Shown: positions 1-11,100 of the stretch, piece by piece | How positions within the stretch are numbered: position 1 is the first letter of the stretch | Layout: each line of letters opens with the position of its first letter | Source: Spirochaetaceae bacterium | GTDB lineage: Bacteria > Spirochaetota > Spirochaetia > DSM-2461 | Assembly (NCBI GenBank): GCA_965224705.1 | Contig: OZ245056.1 | Location: 2,624,001 to 2,688,000 of the forward strand | Length of the DNA stretch: 64,000 bases | Direction of reading: 5' to 3' | Translations under genes and position numbers: made by a program | The notes under the pieces: model-generated | Seen by the model: only the letters and a program-made list of their open reading frames with translations | What the model was told of the DNA's origin: nothing | The model's database searches: none

Positions 1-120
1 AATTCAGCAACCAGTTTCAACCAGGATTTGAATGCCTGGAATGTCGATTCCTCAGTGAGTACAAGTAGCATGTTTCACAACAGCGGCGTAGCGCAAAATC
101 CGCCTCACTGGTATCCGTGA
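1..120 (+). CDS. 3' end of a BspA/DUF285-type repeat surface protein (partial)
   Basis: Frame 1 reads NSATSFNQDLNAWNVDSSVSTSSMFHNSGVAQNPPHWYP*, closely matching the C-terminus of 565..2697. Confidence 0.85.
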   Translation, partial: NSATSFNQDLNAWNVDSSVSTSSMFHNSGVAQNPPHWYP

Positions 121-197
121 AGGAACATCTGAGCGGGTTTGATGGTGATGAATAGCATGCCATAAAAATATGCGGCTCTCTCGACAGCATCCGCTAG

Positions 198-484
198 GAG
201 CCTGTCGGACTTCCGCCTCACGGCTCGATTTTTGGCCCTTCTCTCCAGAAGCAAGCCTCCTGCTTGCTTCTGGAGAGCCGCCTTCGTTCGTTTTCGCCGC
301 CATCCGTGGCGGCTTTTCCTCGCTATCGCTCGGCACTCTCTCAGGATGCGAGTCCATAGACTCGCATCCCCTGCTGCGGCGTTGCCGAAATACTCACGTA
401 GCCCAGCTACGCTCCGTTTTCGTCGCCTTGCATCAGGAAAAAATCATCAAAAATCGCCTCGAAGTCTTAAAGTCCGACAGACTC
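198..484. mobile_element. MITE family A, long copy (287 bp)
   Basis: Terminal inverted repeats GAGCCTGTCGGACTT...AAGTCCGACAGACTC, flanked by CTAG (194-197) and CTGG (485-488); homologous to 61137-61297 and 40272-40324. Confidence 0.85.
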
Positions 485-564
485 CTGGAATTAATGCATT
501 TTCAGAAGAATCATTTCTATGTAGAAATTGACATTGCTGCAATCATTGTGTATTTTTATGATAG

Positions 565-2697
565 ATGGGGATCACTCATGTTGCAAAAAGAACACCTTTC
601 CAGTTTTTTTGTGCATCCCTTGTATCATTGCTGACAGCCTGTGGTGATCCAGTTGAGTTGACAGTCACAGATATTTCAACCCTTACTCTTTCATATCCCG
701 ATTTTGCCGACAGCCTGGATCCGGCAGAAGTCCAGAAGATCCCGCCGAAAGGAACTCTTGTGAGACTGGCTGCGGGACGTGATGTTAGCTATACTATTGC
801 ACCGCAAACTAACGGTATTACAGTCAACCCTCATGGTGTTATTCTGGTCACTGCCGATGTACCTGTGAATCCCGGCGGTACTGAGTACACTGTAACCGCA
901 ACAGGAGCAGGTGCTTATGTGAATACTCAAACAGCAACATTTCTACTGACAATTAACAAGCAGGACTTAAGTACCGTTGCCGGATTCCAGTTGAATGCTG
1001 CTGACAAAGTATTCACAGGCAGCGATACAACACACTATGTCGATGTAGCAGGCGGTCTCACAGCGGGAACAGACTATCAGCTAACAATCAGTCCATCGAT
1101 CAGTGCGAGTATCAGCGAGGCAGGACTCATATCAATCACCGGTTCATTGAAGGGTGGTGATGTTTATGAAGTGACAGCAGCGGGAATTAACAACTACACA
1201 GGCACGGTCAGGAAGTCTTTCACGCTTCGAGAGTCACTTTTTTTAACAGGATTCAGATTATCAATGGAAGATTATACTGTTTTTTCCGGTGATATGAGTC
1301 TGGTGCCCGCAGTCATAGACAATCAAAAGTTAGCTGATTACACACTTTCGCTGGTGGATTCAGGCGGGATTGTAAATCCTGCCGGAATAAGTATCAATGC
1401 GGGGGGGTGGATTTCAATTCCCGGCAGTATCAGTACCAATGATTCCGGAGAATACACGGTGATTGCTGCCGGAACAGGAAATTACGGAGGTACTGTCAAA
1501 GCAACATTCAATCTGACGGTTTCGGATTCTGATTTCATCTACAATGATTTCTTTGTCATCGCTACGGCCACTGCTCATTCCGGAGGAGGAGCTTCCTGGC
1601 AGTCCTTCAGTGCTCCCACTATGGCTATGACGCCTTCCTGGAAAAACTCCCCTCCCGCCGGTACTATCTTCTCGGTACCCAACCCTTCGGATAAGCCTGG
1701 CTGGCTATACCTTGATTCTCAAACCGGAGAGCTGTCGGGTACACCTGGAGCGATTGGATTTGGAAGCTTCATCATTGAAGCAGAATTATCCGGTGCTGTT
1801 ACAAGCACCACAGTGAATTGGTTTGTTGGGGTACAGCCGGAGAACAAGGATGAACTGAAAACAGCCGTGCGGGTTGAACTGGCAAGGTATGCCAGTATGA
1901 ACGTAACGGAGTATCAGGATCTCAGAGCTATTGATACAAGTCTGATGACAGATATGAGTGATCTCTTCTATGTAGACAGCTCCAATCAACCTCAGTATGC
2001 ATTGGATTTCAACGGGGATATTTCAAGCTGGGATGTCAGCAATGTGACCAATATGAGCGGAATGTTCCGCTCCAAAGCCGACAGCATGAGTTTTACAGGA
2101 GTGTTCAAGTCCTCTTCCAACTCTATTCACAGTATCTCAAAGTGGGATGTCAGCAATGTTACCAATATGGAATATATGTTTACGAATGCAGACAGGTTGG
2201 GAGTATTGGACGGTGTTCCCTATCCGGTACTGGCTGAATGGGATGTCAGCAATGTCACAAACATGGCCAGGATGTTTGAAAAAAATGATTCTACTAACCT
2301 GGACATTTCGAATTGGGATACCAGCAGTGTCACAAACATGTGCGGTATGTTCGCATATGCAGAAAATTTTAACCAGAACATCTCAAATTGGAATGTCAGC
2401 AGTGTGACAGACATGATGGATATGTTCACATTAGCAAAAAGATTTGATCAGGATATCTCAAATTGGAATGTCAGCAATGTCATAAACATGCAGGCAATGT
2501 TCCTGTTTGCAACCGATTTTAATCAGAATATTTCAGAATGGAATGTCGGCAATGTAGCAGACATGCGGTCAATGTTTAAGTCAGCAGCCAGTTTTAACCA
2601 GGCTCTGGATAATTGGAGTGTCGATTCTTCAGTGGCAACAGAAAGCATGTTTTTCCAGAGCGGAGTTGAGAATCTGCCGGAGTGGTATTCTCCATGA
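565..2697 (+). CDS. BspA/DUF285 repeat-containing lipoprotein with Ig-like N-terminal region
   Basis: Lipobox-like LLTAC; C-terminal repeats of type FNQxISxWxVSNVTNMxxMF; Thr/Gly-rich beta-type N-terminal half. Confidence 0.85.
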   Translation: MGITHVAKRTPFQFFCASLVSLLTACGDPVELTVTDISTLTLSYPDFADSLDPAEVQKIPPKGTLVRLAAGRDVSYTIAPQTNGITVNPHGVILVTADVPVNPGGTEYTVTATGAGAYVNTQTATFLLTINKQDLSTVAGFQLNAADKVFTGSDTTHYVDVAGGLTAGTDYQLTISPSISASISEAGLISITGSLKGGDVYEVTAAGINNYTGTVRKSFTLRESLFLTGFRLSMEDYTVFSGDMSLVPAVIDNQKLADYTLSLVDSGGIVNPAGISINAGGWISIPGSISTNDSGEYTVIAAGTGNYGGTVKATFNLTVSDSDFIYNDFFVIATATAHSGGGASWQSFSAPTMAMTPSWKNSPPAGTIFSVPNPSDKPGWLYLDSQTGELSGTPGAIGFGSFIIEAELSGAVTSTTVNWFVGVQPENKDELKTAVRVELARYASMNVTEYQDLRAIDTSLMTDMSDLFYVDSSNQPQYALDFNGDISSWDVSNVTNMSGMFRSKADSMSFTGVFKSSSNSIHSISKWDVSNVTNMEYMFTNADRLGVLDGVPYPVLAEWDVSNVTNMARMFEKNDSTNLDISNWDTSSVTNMCGMFAYAENFNQNISNWNVSSVTDMMDMFTLAKRFDQDISNWNVSNVINMQAMFLFATDFNQNISEWNVGNVADMRSMFKSAASFNQALDNWSVDSSVATESMFFQSGVENLPEWYSP

Positions 2698-2853
2698 AGG
2701 AGCATCTGAACGGGCTTAATGATATGGATAGCAGTACTGTCCTGTCGCACAGGATAATCCCGTGCTGTTTTGAGTAGAATTTCTTCAGATGTTCTATTGA
2801 CGAAACAAACAAGGTCAATTAAAGTCGATTCCACGCATCCAGGGGTATTCAGC

Positions 2854-2927
<74 letters not shown>

Positions 2928-2948
2928 GGAATTATAAATATGCGGTCC

Positions 2949-4571
2949 TCAGTGGGGCACACCCCGAATGCCTGCCGCCCAACGGCGGATTCTTGAATTG
3001 CGTATAACTTTTTTTTCCAATGCCCGGGCCAGAGTGTGTTCATCAGCAAAAATATTCACCCTGTCCCTTGCCCGTGTGAGGGCCGTATAGAGAATTTCCC
3101 GTGAGAGAAGTCTCTCTGCCCCGTTGGGCAGAATAATTGAAACCGAATCATATTCTGATCCCTGACTTTTATGAATTGTCTGCATCCAGGCAGGTTCCCA
3201 GCCCGGCAGGAGGGCCAGGGGCAGATTTTGTTCTCCGTCCGAAGTCTGAAAAACTGCATTCAAACGGTCACCTTCATTCTTCAGTAAGCCCCTCTCACCA
3301 TTCCAGAGGTTTCGGGAGGCATCGTTACGGGTAATGACTATGGGCATGCCGTTAAGTGGGTAATCTCTTCCTCCCAGAATCCGCGAGATTTTCTCGTTCA
3401 TCTCGATAACTCCCCAGGGTCCCCGGCGCTGAGGTGTTAATGCTGTAAACTCATGAGTATTCTGCCTGTACTCAGATGCTATGATTTCTGCCATCTTCTC
3501 CCTTCCTTCCAGAGGAAGCAGATTGACTGAACTGCCATCAATAGAGGAGAGCAGGGCATTCATACGGCCTTCCCGGATAGCTGCGGCAGCTCTTAATACG
3601 GCTGTATTTGACCGGTAAACCGTGGTGAGTTGGAGAATAGAGCCCCGGAGAGGATCGCCGATCTTCTGTGTTCCGGCAATGAGGTCGCCAAAAAGGGCAC
3701 CGGCCTCCACCGATGGGAGCTGATCCGGATCGCCTGCCAGCAAAAGGACTGTTTCCGGTGCCATGCTGGACAGAAGGGTATTCATCAAAGGTAAATCAAC
3801 CATGGAGGCTTCATCCACCACGACCAGATTTGTTTCGAGAGGATTTTTCTGGCTGTGATATGTTTTTTTGCCGGGGTAGATACCAAGTAGATTATGGAGG
3901 GTACGTCCAATGTGTCCGGGTATGTTTTCAGCCATTCGAGAGGCCGCTCTGCCAGTCGGAGCGGTGAGAATTGTGCTATATGACGGGCCAAGTAGTTCAA
4001 GGACTTTTTCAATGGTTGTGGTTTTCCCCGTCCCCGGTCCTCCGGTGAGGAGAATAAGTTTTCTTCCCGATTTAATAAGGGATACTATTGCTTCGGCTGG
4101 ACTGGATTTGTTCTCAGGCATTGAATTGGAACCCGTGAAGGCTCTCTTGCTGAGCATGGTAAGGAAGAGGTCTTCCTCTCGTCGACGGCGAAGGAAGTAC
4201 AGGTAGGAACCGTCCGGGGTGAGTACAAGGGGAGGGCGGGGGATGGGCAAACTGTCTGCTGCATCATCATCGGCTTCCAGTCGGCCGATAAGCCCGCTTG
4301 ACTCACAGGTTTTCACCAGGGCCTCGGCACTTTCCTGCAGGCGAAGCGGCAGATCTTCCAGGTCAACTGCCCATTGTGGAGCTTCTTCAGCAATTTTTCC
4401 CATGTCAGTTCGTAGATGCCCGTTTCCTGCCTGTTCCGCCAGGTGGAAAAGAAGCCAGAACAGGTTTTCATTATCGGTGTCTGGAAAAAACCGGGTATAG
4501 AGGGAATGGGCAAGATGGATCCGAAAAGGGGAGAGATTGAGTTTGAGGGCTTTTTTCAGTATTGAAGTCAT
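2949..4571 (-). CDS. recD: Exodeoxyribonuclease V alpha subunit
   Basis: GGPGTGKTT Walker A, VDEASM, GDPDQLPSV, TIHKSQGSE, LYTALTRAR; downstream of recC and recB. Confidence 0.93.
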   Translation of the reverse strand: MTSILKKALKLNLSPFRIHLAHSLYTRFFPDTDNENLFWLLFHLAEQAGNGHLRTDMGKIAEEAPQWAVDLEDLPLRLQESAEALVKTCESSGLIGRLEADDDAADSLPIPRPPLVLTPDGSYLYFLRRRREEDLFLTMLSKRAFTGSNSMPENKSSPAEAIVSLIKSGRKLILLTGGPGTGKTTTIEKVLELLGPSYSTILTAPTGRAASRMAENIPGHIGRTLHNLLGIYPGKKTYHSQKNPLETNLVVVDEASMVDLPLMNTLLSSMAPETVLLLAGDPDQLPSVEAGALFGDLIAGTQKIGDPLRGSILQLTTVYRSNTAVLRAAAAIREGRMNALLSSIDGSSVNLLPLEGREKMAEIIASEYRQNTHEFTALTPQRRGPWGVIEMNEKISRILGGRDYPLNGMPIVITRNDASRNLWNGERGLLKNEGDRLNAVFQTSDGEQNLPLALLPGWEPAWMQTIHKSQGSEYDSVSIILPNGAERLLSREILYTALTRARDRVNIFADEHTLARALEKKVIRNSRIRRWAAGIRGVPH

Positions 4572-7500
4572 TCTATGATTCCCGTACAGCCCATGGATTC
4601 TGCGATGGAAAGCATTCGCTTCAATGAGGGCTTGTTCTGAAAAATTCCATCGGTTTTATACTCCGATATACTTCTAAGAAACAGGTACACAGCCCCTCCT
4701 ATTTCCTTTTCCCAGATTACAGGTCGTTTGGATCTTCCGGCCAGGGCCCTGCAGAGACCCAGCAGGTAGAGTTCATACTGAAGATGATAGTGGTGAGAGT
4801 CCATTAACTCTGCAATACTCTGCCCGGATTCCGTCATGTTGGTTTTCCAGTCTACCACCCACCATAATCCGTCTTTGTTTACAAGTAAATCGATGAAGCC
4901 CTTAAGAAATCCTCTGTCGATTCTCATTTCCAAATCGTCGTCCGTGATGCTGGAATCCCCTGGAATGAACATCTGGAATTCTGCCTCACGGCGGTAACAG
5001 GATGCTTTCAGATTATACAGGGGACCAAGGACGGGAATGGGAGTGCGGAGCGTATTCCTCACAAGGGTTTTCAATTTCAGGTCATTCCCATCTTCTTTGT
5101 ACCAATTCCAGGAGAAGCAGCGTCCGGCCTGATCAGCAAAAAGAGATTCGATATCAGGGTTCTTCATCCATGCCGATTCATCCGGGTTTTCTGCCAGAGA
5201 AAAATCACATTGCTCAAGACAGGCATGAACCATAGTTCCATAAACCGCCCTCCAGGATGCCTCGCTGGAGTCCATTCTCTTTTTTGGGGCAGTCCTGTCG
5301 GCCCTATCCTCTACCTGGCTGGTCAGGGAAGTGTAGCTTGAGTTTGCAGGATCCCGTTTCCCGATATCGCTGGATGGCAGCGGCGCCCTTCTGCCGGGCT
5401 TTACCCCTGGCTGACTCAGGACAGTCAGACTGGAATGGGCAGGTTCAAATATGTGCATACATTTTGAGTCAGCAGCAAGATTTTGAATTCGGGAAAGGAG
5501 TTTTTCTTTGAATTCAGATACATCCTCCACATCCTGTTCGTGGGCGGGGAGGCGAATACCATCCTCGTCAGGGAGTGTTTCATCCAGACCGTCGGCGATA
5601 TTCCAGAATGAATCCAGCTGGACAACATGATCATTTCCTGATGGCAGGGGAACCCAGAGTTTATATGCTGCTCTGGTGAATGCCACATACCACAGCCTTT
5701 TATCCTCTTCCCAGGCATAGGCCCGATGACAGTTAAAATTTTTCTCACGGCAGATATGATCGATTACAAGTGTACCATTGTCGTCGAATCGCCAGGGAGA
5801 ATGACTGTTTCTCCGTGTTTTTGCAGTGTAACCGCCGTGAAGGAAAACCAGGGGGAACTCCAGCCCCTTGGCTCCATGCATGGTGAGAATACGGACGGCG
5901 GGTTTTTCTGTCGCCAGTCTTATGGCGGATTCTCTGTTCTCCAGATATGCATCACTGGAATTGAGATTCATCCAGGCAATGATGCCTGGAATGTCTCTCA
6001 GCCCTTCAAATTGTTTCTGCTGTATGAGTTCACAGAGTTGTCTCCAGTCCTGCCACTTTCTTTCTCCATCGGGTTCGGATAGAACTCGTCTGTTCCAGGG
6101 GCGGGATAGCTTCTCTTCGACATCCTTCCTGTTGATCTTTCCTGCCCATATTCCGAGATTTTTTGTAAAGGAAAAGAAATCTTCAAGGGCCTCAGTTGCT
6201 CGGCCAAGAAGGAAGGCACTCCTCCATTCCATGCCTTTTTCCGAGAAGAGGTCAAGATAACCGGCCTTTTCAAAACTGATCAGCAAATCCGGGGGTAATC
6301 GGTGGAACTCTCCCAGCAATACTCCCCGCCACAGGGATTGATTCCGGGGATTTTCAATGGCTTCAAGCAGTTCCTTAAGGGTCTGTGCTATGGATTGGGT
6401 TAATACTGACTGAGTGCGGAATCGGACAGCGGGTACCCCCAACGCCGTCAATCGATTGTAAATATCTTCTTCCTGCCTGACCGTACGGACAAGGACGGCA
6501 ATCTCGGAGGCAGAGACCTCCCTGGACCTGTCTTCCGAAAGCCATCGGGCTCCGGTAACCGGATCCAGTATGGCTCTTATTTCCTGAACAATGCCCTCAG
6601 CAATCTGATTCTCACCTTCTGCTTTCAGCAGGGCAATTGGCCTGTCAGCATTGCTCCAATCCAGTTCTTCCCTGTTTTGAAAACCTGAGGCCGCCGGCTG
6701 AAAACCAACTGGCTGCCCTCCATCGGAGCGGGTTTGAAAAATGGGTTCAAACAAACGGTTAACTCCGGCCACCAGAGCAGATCGAGAACGATAATTCGTA
6801 TCAAGGCAGTAGCGGTTTTTCTCCGGTACAACAGATTGAGCAGCATAATACCCCTGAAGGCCAGTTCCCCGAAAGCCATAGATACTCTGCTTCGGATCTC
6901 CAATCAGGGCCAGAATATGTTCAGGCGCATCAAAGATCGTTTTGAACAATTTCCACTGCTGGGGGTCCGTATCCTGAAATTCATCAATCAGGGCTGCTTT
7001 ATACCGCTTCCCGAGCAGGTTTTTCAGGGGTGACTCCCCATCATTGACGGCCTTATTCACCCGGCGAATAAGATCGGCATAGCTCCATATCCCCGATTCA
7101 TTCTTACGGGCTTCAATGCGCTGTTCCAGTCTTTTCCGAGCCTGGTTGTAGAAAAGACACTGCATGTAACGGTCAATGAGATTGATAACTGCGTTCTTCG
7201 GGCGAAAATCAATGTAGGGCTGCAGGGCTGTAATAAGATCTTTCACGGCATCCAGGAGCTTCCTGGTTTCCGGATTCAGAGACGCCGGGATGACATTCAG
7301 GCTGTAGACTGCGTATAGAAGGGATTGGAAATGCCCGCCGATCCCGGAATTGGATGGATCACCGAAGATTTCATCTGTGAGGGATGGAATACCGCGAAGG
7401 CTGCGGCAGGCAGCTAGGTGTCGACAGATTTTTTCAAGGGAATCGCTTCGCTTCTTTGTGCCGACAGAAACCAGAAAAAGATCTCTAACGGCCTCAATAC

Positions 7501-8170
7501 TCCAGGAAGGGGAGAATAGTCTATCGGCAGCACGGCATAAATGTCCCCCGGGATTTTCTGAATCGGTAAGAAAGGAATGAAATCGGTCAATGTCATCGTC
7601 TGTGGGAAGGATGAGGGAATCAGGAGGAATGTTTTCATTGATGAGAAGTCGGACGATTTTTTCGACGAGTTTTTCACTGGAACCTGACTGACGAAAGGCC
7701 GCTTCAAGTACCCTCTTATCGATGGTGGAGATTTCCCTGGAAGCCAGCCATGAGTACGTTTCTTCCGTTTCCAATTTATGGCTGGAAACCAGATCCTGCT
7801 GGAAGGGAGATGATGATTCAAAGGGCCAGGTGGATAGAACCATGAGACAGAAGCTGTGAATCGTGTAAATAGCTGCACTGTCGAAGGCTGTCAGGGCGGA
7901 CTGATACTTGAGGCGTTCCAGTTCATCCCGACTCTCCTCCCGGGACCGCTGTTTGAGAATCTTCCGGATACGTTCCCTCATTTCTCTGGCGGCCTTGTTA
8001 CTGAAAGTGACCACAAGAATTTGATCAATGCTCAGAGGATCGTGTTTTCTTCCAATCAGTCGGGAAACCATTCGTTCAAGAGCATAGGTTTTTCCTGTAC
8101 CGGCCGATGCTTCAAGAAGCATTGTCCCGGCTATCGGTGATTTTTCAGGTTCGAAAACTTGTGAACTCAC
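4568..8170 (-). CDS. recB: Exodeoxyribonuclease V beta subunit
   Basis: EASAGTGKT, DEFQD, GDPKQSIYGFRG, YVAFTRA and C-terminal nuclease motif GFIDLL...VDWKT. Confidence 0.95.
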   Translation of the reverse strand: MSSQVFEPEKSPIAGTMLLEASAGTGKTYALERMVSRLIGRKHDPLSIDQILVVTFSNKAAREMRERIRKILKQRSREESRDELERLKYQSALTAFDSAAIYTIHSFCLMVLSTWPFESSSPFQQDLVSSHKLETEETYSWLASREISTIDKRVLEAAFRQSGSSEKLVEKIVRLLINENIPPDSLILPTDDDIDRFHSFLTDSENPGGHLCRAADRLFSPSWSIEAVRDLFLVSVGTKKRSDSLEKICRHLAACRSLRGIPSLTDEIFGDPSNSGIGGHFQSLLYAVYSLNVIPASLNPETRKLLDAVKDLITALQPYIDFRPKNAVINLIDRYMQCLFYNQARKRLEQRIEARKNESGIWSYADLIRRVNKAVNDGESPLKNLLGKRYKAALIDEFQDTDPQQWKLFKTIFDAPEHILALIGDPKQSIYGFRGTGLQGYYAAQSVVPEKNRYCLDTNYRSRSALVAGVNRLFEPIFQTRSDGGQPVGFQPAASGFQNREELDWSNADRPIALLKAEGENQIAEGIVQEIRAILDPVTGARWLSEDRSREVSASEIAVLVRTVRQEEDIYNRLTALGVPAVRFRTQSVLTQSIAQTLKELLEAIENPRNQSLWRGVLLGEFHRLPPDLLISFEKAGYLDLFSEKGMEWRSAFLLGRATEALEDFFSFTKNLGIWAGKINRKDVEEKLSRPWNRRVLSEPDGERKWQDWRQLCELIQQKQFEGLRDIPGIIAWMNLNSSDAYLENRESAIRLATEKPAVRILTMHGAKGLEFPLVFLHGGYTAKTRRNSHSPWRFDDNGTLVIDHICREKNFNCHRAYAWEEDKRLWYVAFTRAAYKLWVPLPSGNDHVVQLDSFWNIADGLDETLPDEDGIRLPAHEQDVEDVSEFKEKLLSRIQNLAADSKCMHIFEPAHSSLTVLSQPGVKPGRRAPLPSSDIGKRDPANSSYTSLTSQVEDRADRTAPKKRMDSSEASWRAVYGTMVHACLEQCDFSLAENPDESAWMKNPDIESLFADQAGRCFSWNWYKEDGNDLKLKTLVRNTLRTPIPVLGPLYNLKASCYRREAEFQMFIPGDSSITDDDLEMRIDRGFLKGFIDLLVNKDGLWWVVDWKTNMTESGQSIAELMDSHHYHLQYELYLLGLCRALAGRSKRPVIWEKEIGGAVYLFLRSISEYKTDGIFQNKPSLKRMLSIAESMGCTGIIE

Positions 8171-11100
8171 AGAAGACCGCCTTCGATGTAGATCGCTCTA
8201 TAGGCCCTGTGCAGTTGATCATCGTCCAGGGGAGGATTCGGTAAGAACCTTTTTCTCCAGGGACAGTCCCGCATTGCAGAGAACGGTTTAAAATCATTGG
8301 TCACAATTTCTTCCCAGATGGAGGCTGCAGCCTCTTTGAAATCTTCATCATCCCCGGGATCGGCGGATTTTTTGATTCTTTCAGCCAATTCCGGGTAGAG
8401 GGGGAGGGGAGTTTTCTGGCCTCTTCTATAGAAATTGACAAGATTTGCAAGGTGTTCTGCAGGATTGATGATGAGCCGTTTTTCACCAGCACTGCCGGCA
8501 GGAACCATATCCTCTTTGAAGTAGTATCTTCTGGCTTTATAGTCTCTTGCTCCGATGCGGAAGACACGTATCTCTCCTGGAGTATTTTCACCCAGGGCCG
8601 TGGCCAGAACCAGGGCTGCCACCCAGTTGTGCAGGTTGTATGATGCGTTTGGGGTATGATTGGAAATGAAGTCAAGAAAAGTCCATACCCTTCGGTCCGG
8701 TTTCCCATCTTTTGACAGAAGTCTTAAGCCATTGATGTCTCCATTGACGAGAAGGGGGGATGTTCCCGCCAGAGCCATTTTTGGGGCTGGAAGATTCAGA
8801 ATCTCCTGATTCGGAATGTCATGAAGCTTGTTATGATCGATTAAATCGCCGGCTTTTTCCGTCAGTCGGCATGAAAATGAGGGGCCGGGATGAAAACCTT
8901 CGTTGGTGATGCGATGCAGCTGATCCTTCATCGTTTTTGCATCTTTCAGCCATCTCTCTGACTGAAAGGCAGCGAATGGAGTGTTACTCATGGCTGATAT
9001 CAGATAGTTTCGTCGGCAGAAAACCTGGATGAATTTCTCAGGGTCTTTGAAGGCTGACACATCCTCCCGTACGGTTTCATCCCTCCATTTCCACCACTCC
9101 AGTGATTCCAATTCCAGAAGGTCATAATTTTCCTGCTCATCCTTACTGGAGAGAAAACCGGCACCCATCCTCTGTCGAAAGAAGTACATTACAGGGTTTT
9201 TCAGGAAGCTGACCAGAGTCTTCCAGTTTACAGAATCATTATTTTCAGGAGGGGATACAGGAAGATTTCTCATCTGAACTGGAGTACGCCCCCGTTCTTC
9301 AGCCAGATAAAGAGCCTTGATGGATGTGGTTGCAAGTGGTCCTTCACCGGTAAGGGCCGACGGATCGTATGGTAAAAGGGGGTGGTGTACGATCAGTTTT
9401 TCAACACCGTCACCAAGGTATTCCATCAGGTCAAGAACGGGTGCGGCCGGGGAAAGCGCTTCCCCATTGACACTGTCCCTGCCGGTGTAAAACAGTGAGA
9501 GATGATCCGACGCTGAGTACAGAGTTTCCAGAAGAGCGAAACGTTCAATGGACTCCCGGGAAAGATCAATGGCTCCCGGTACATTCTTTCTCAGGTCAAA
9601 ACCAGTCAGTCTATCTTGAGTTGGCCAGGTATTCTCATCCAGACCCAGTACATAAATCCGCCGGAATGGAATGGCTCGAGTGGGTTTCAGTGATCCGCAA
9701 TACACTCCCCGGTTTGTATCATTGCTGCGTCTGCCGGAAGAACTTGAGAGGAAATCATCCAGCAAGCCTCGAAAAACCTGCCATGGCAGGTTTGAATTTG
9801 AAAAATCCGAAAGGTGATCCACATCATCACTGAGAGCATTGAGATCTCTCAGGTTTCTTTTAATACGCCGCTGGTGGTACTCATCTTCCACCCTGACAAT
9901 TCTATCCCGCCGGGGGATCAGCCATCGGGCGATGATGCCTTCCCAGAGGGATACCCATCGCCGGAGACTCATGATTTTTCTGTCCAGGGGCCTGATTTCC
10001 TCATCCAGTTTTGCAATAAAAAGCATTAATTGTCCAGAATCCTCCGCCATGGAGTCGGATATATCCGGCATGGGAATTGTCTCCGGATCATCGCCTTCAT
10101 CATGGTAGTATCCGGCGAGAATTCGTTGAAAACCCTGCTGCCAGGAACCTGTTAGCGGATCAGCTGCCCCAAGGCTTCGCCGATGGGTTTCATCCACACC
10201 CCAGCGGATGTTCAGATCTTCAATCAGTGTTTTCCATTGCCCGGCCAGGGCGGGATCTCCCGCAACAGGGGCAATACAGGGATTTTCAAGCAGGCGGATA
10301 AGCTCACAGCGGCCGAAACGGGATCCTGGCAGGTCAAGCATGGCACTCAGTGCGGAGGGGAAGGGAGATTCATCGCGGGCTGGCAGATCGGTTATGCTGC
10401 AGGGCAAATGATCACGCCGGGGAAACCCATCTTCATCCAGTGATGAGAATACTGTTGCAATAAACGGGGCATATAAACCGATTTCCGGGGCCAATACTCC
10501 GATTTGACCTGGAGCAAGTTTTTCATCATTACTCAGGGCCGTGAGTATCTGGTCTTTTAGAATCTCAATACTTCGATGTATCCCTGGAGTATTGTGAAAG
10601 CTTAAACTGCCGTCTTCTACAGGAGATCCGGTGAAATCCTCATCTTTTATAAGGGATGAACGCAGGCGGTGCAGGGTGCTGTCTTCTGTATTGGAATTGT
10701 CCCAGAATTCATATTGGTGTTCTGGTTTCAGCACAGGTATCAGGGAATTAATTCCCGCTGAGAGTCTGGCATTATTGCCAAGGTACATGCCCGCAGGTTT
10801 ATCGAGACTTGAGCAGGGTGATAGCATGAAATGGTGGATATCCAGGGTGGCGGCCAGTTTCCTGAAGAATTCAAGCCCGGATTTTCCAAGAAAGTTTGAG
10901 CCAAACAGAACAATACGGGCGTCTTCGCCGACATACTTTTCATTTGAGCGGGATACTGCTGAGAGAACCTGGCCTAAATGAGCGTAGGGGGCATTGGGAT
11001 GGAGTATTCTGCACCACAAATGCCGCTGCCATGTCTCATCTGGATGAGACATGCCTGCTGGACCGGGAAAAGACATATTTTCTTCCCATGTTTCAACCAT

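Noticed and set aside
52..634. ORFs 52..357, 170..634 and 232..531
   Set aside because: They run through MITE A and show no protein-like motifs
1930..2640. Regularly spaced GGGATGTCAGCAATGT-like repeats as a CRISPR array
   Set aside because: They are in-frame coding repeats of the DUF285 protein, degenerate at codon positions, and no cas genes are present
1..2697. Diversity-generating retroelement template/variable pair at the two BspA-like 3' ends
   Set aside because: Differences are not adenine-specific and no reverse transcriptase is in the window
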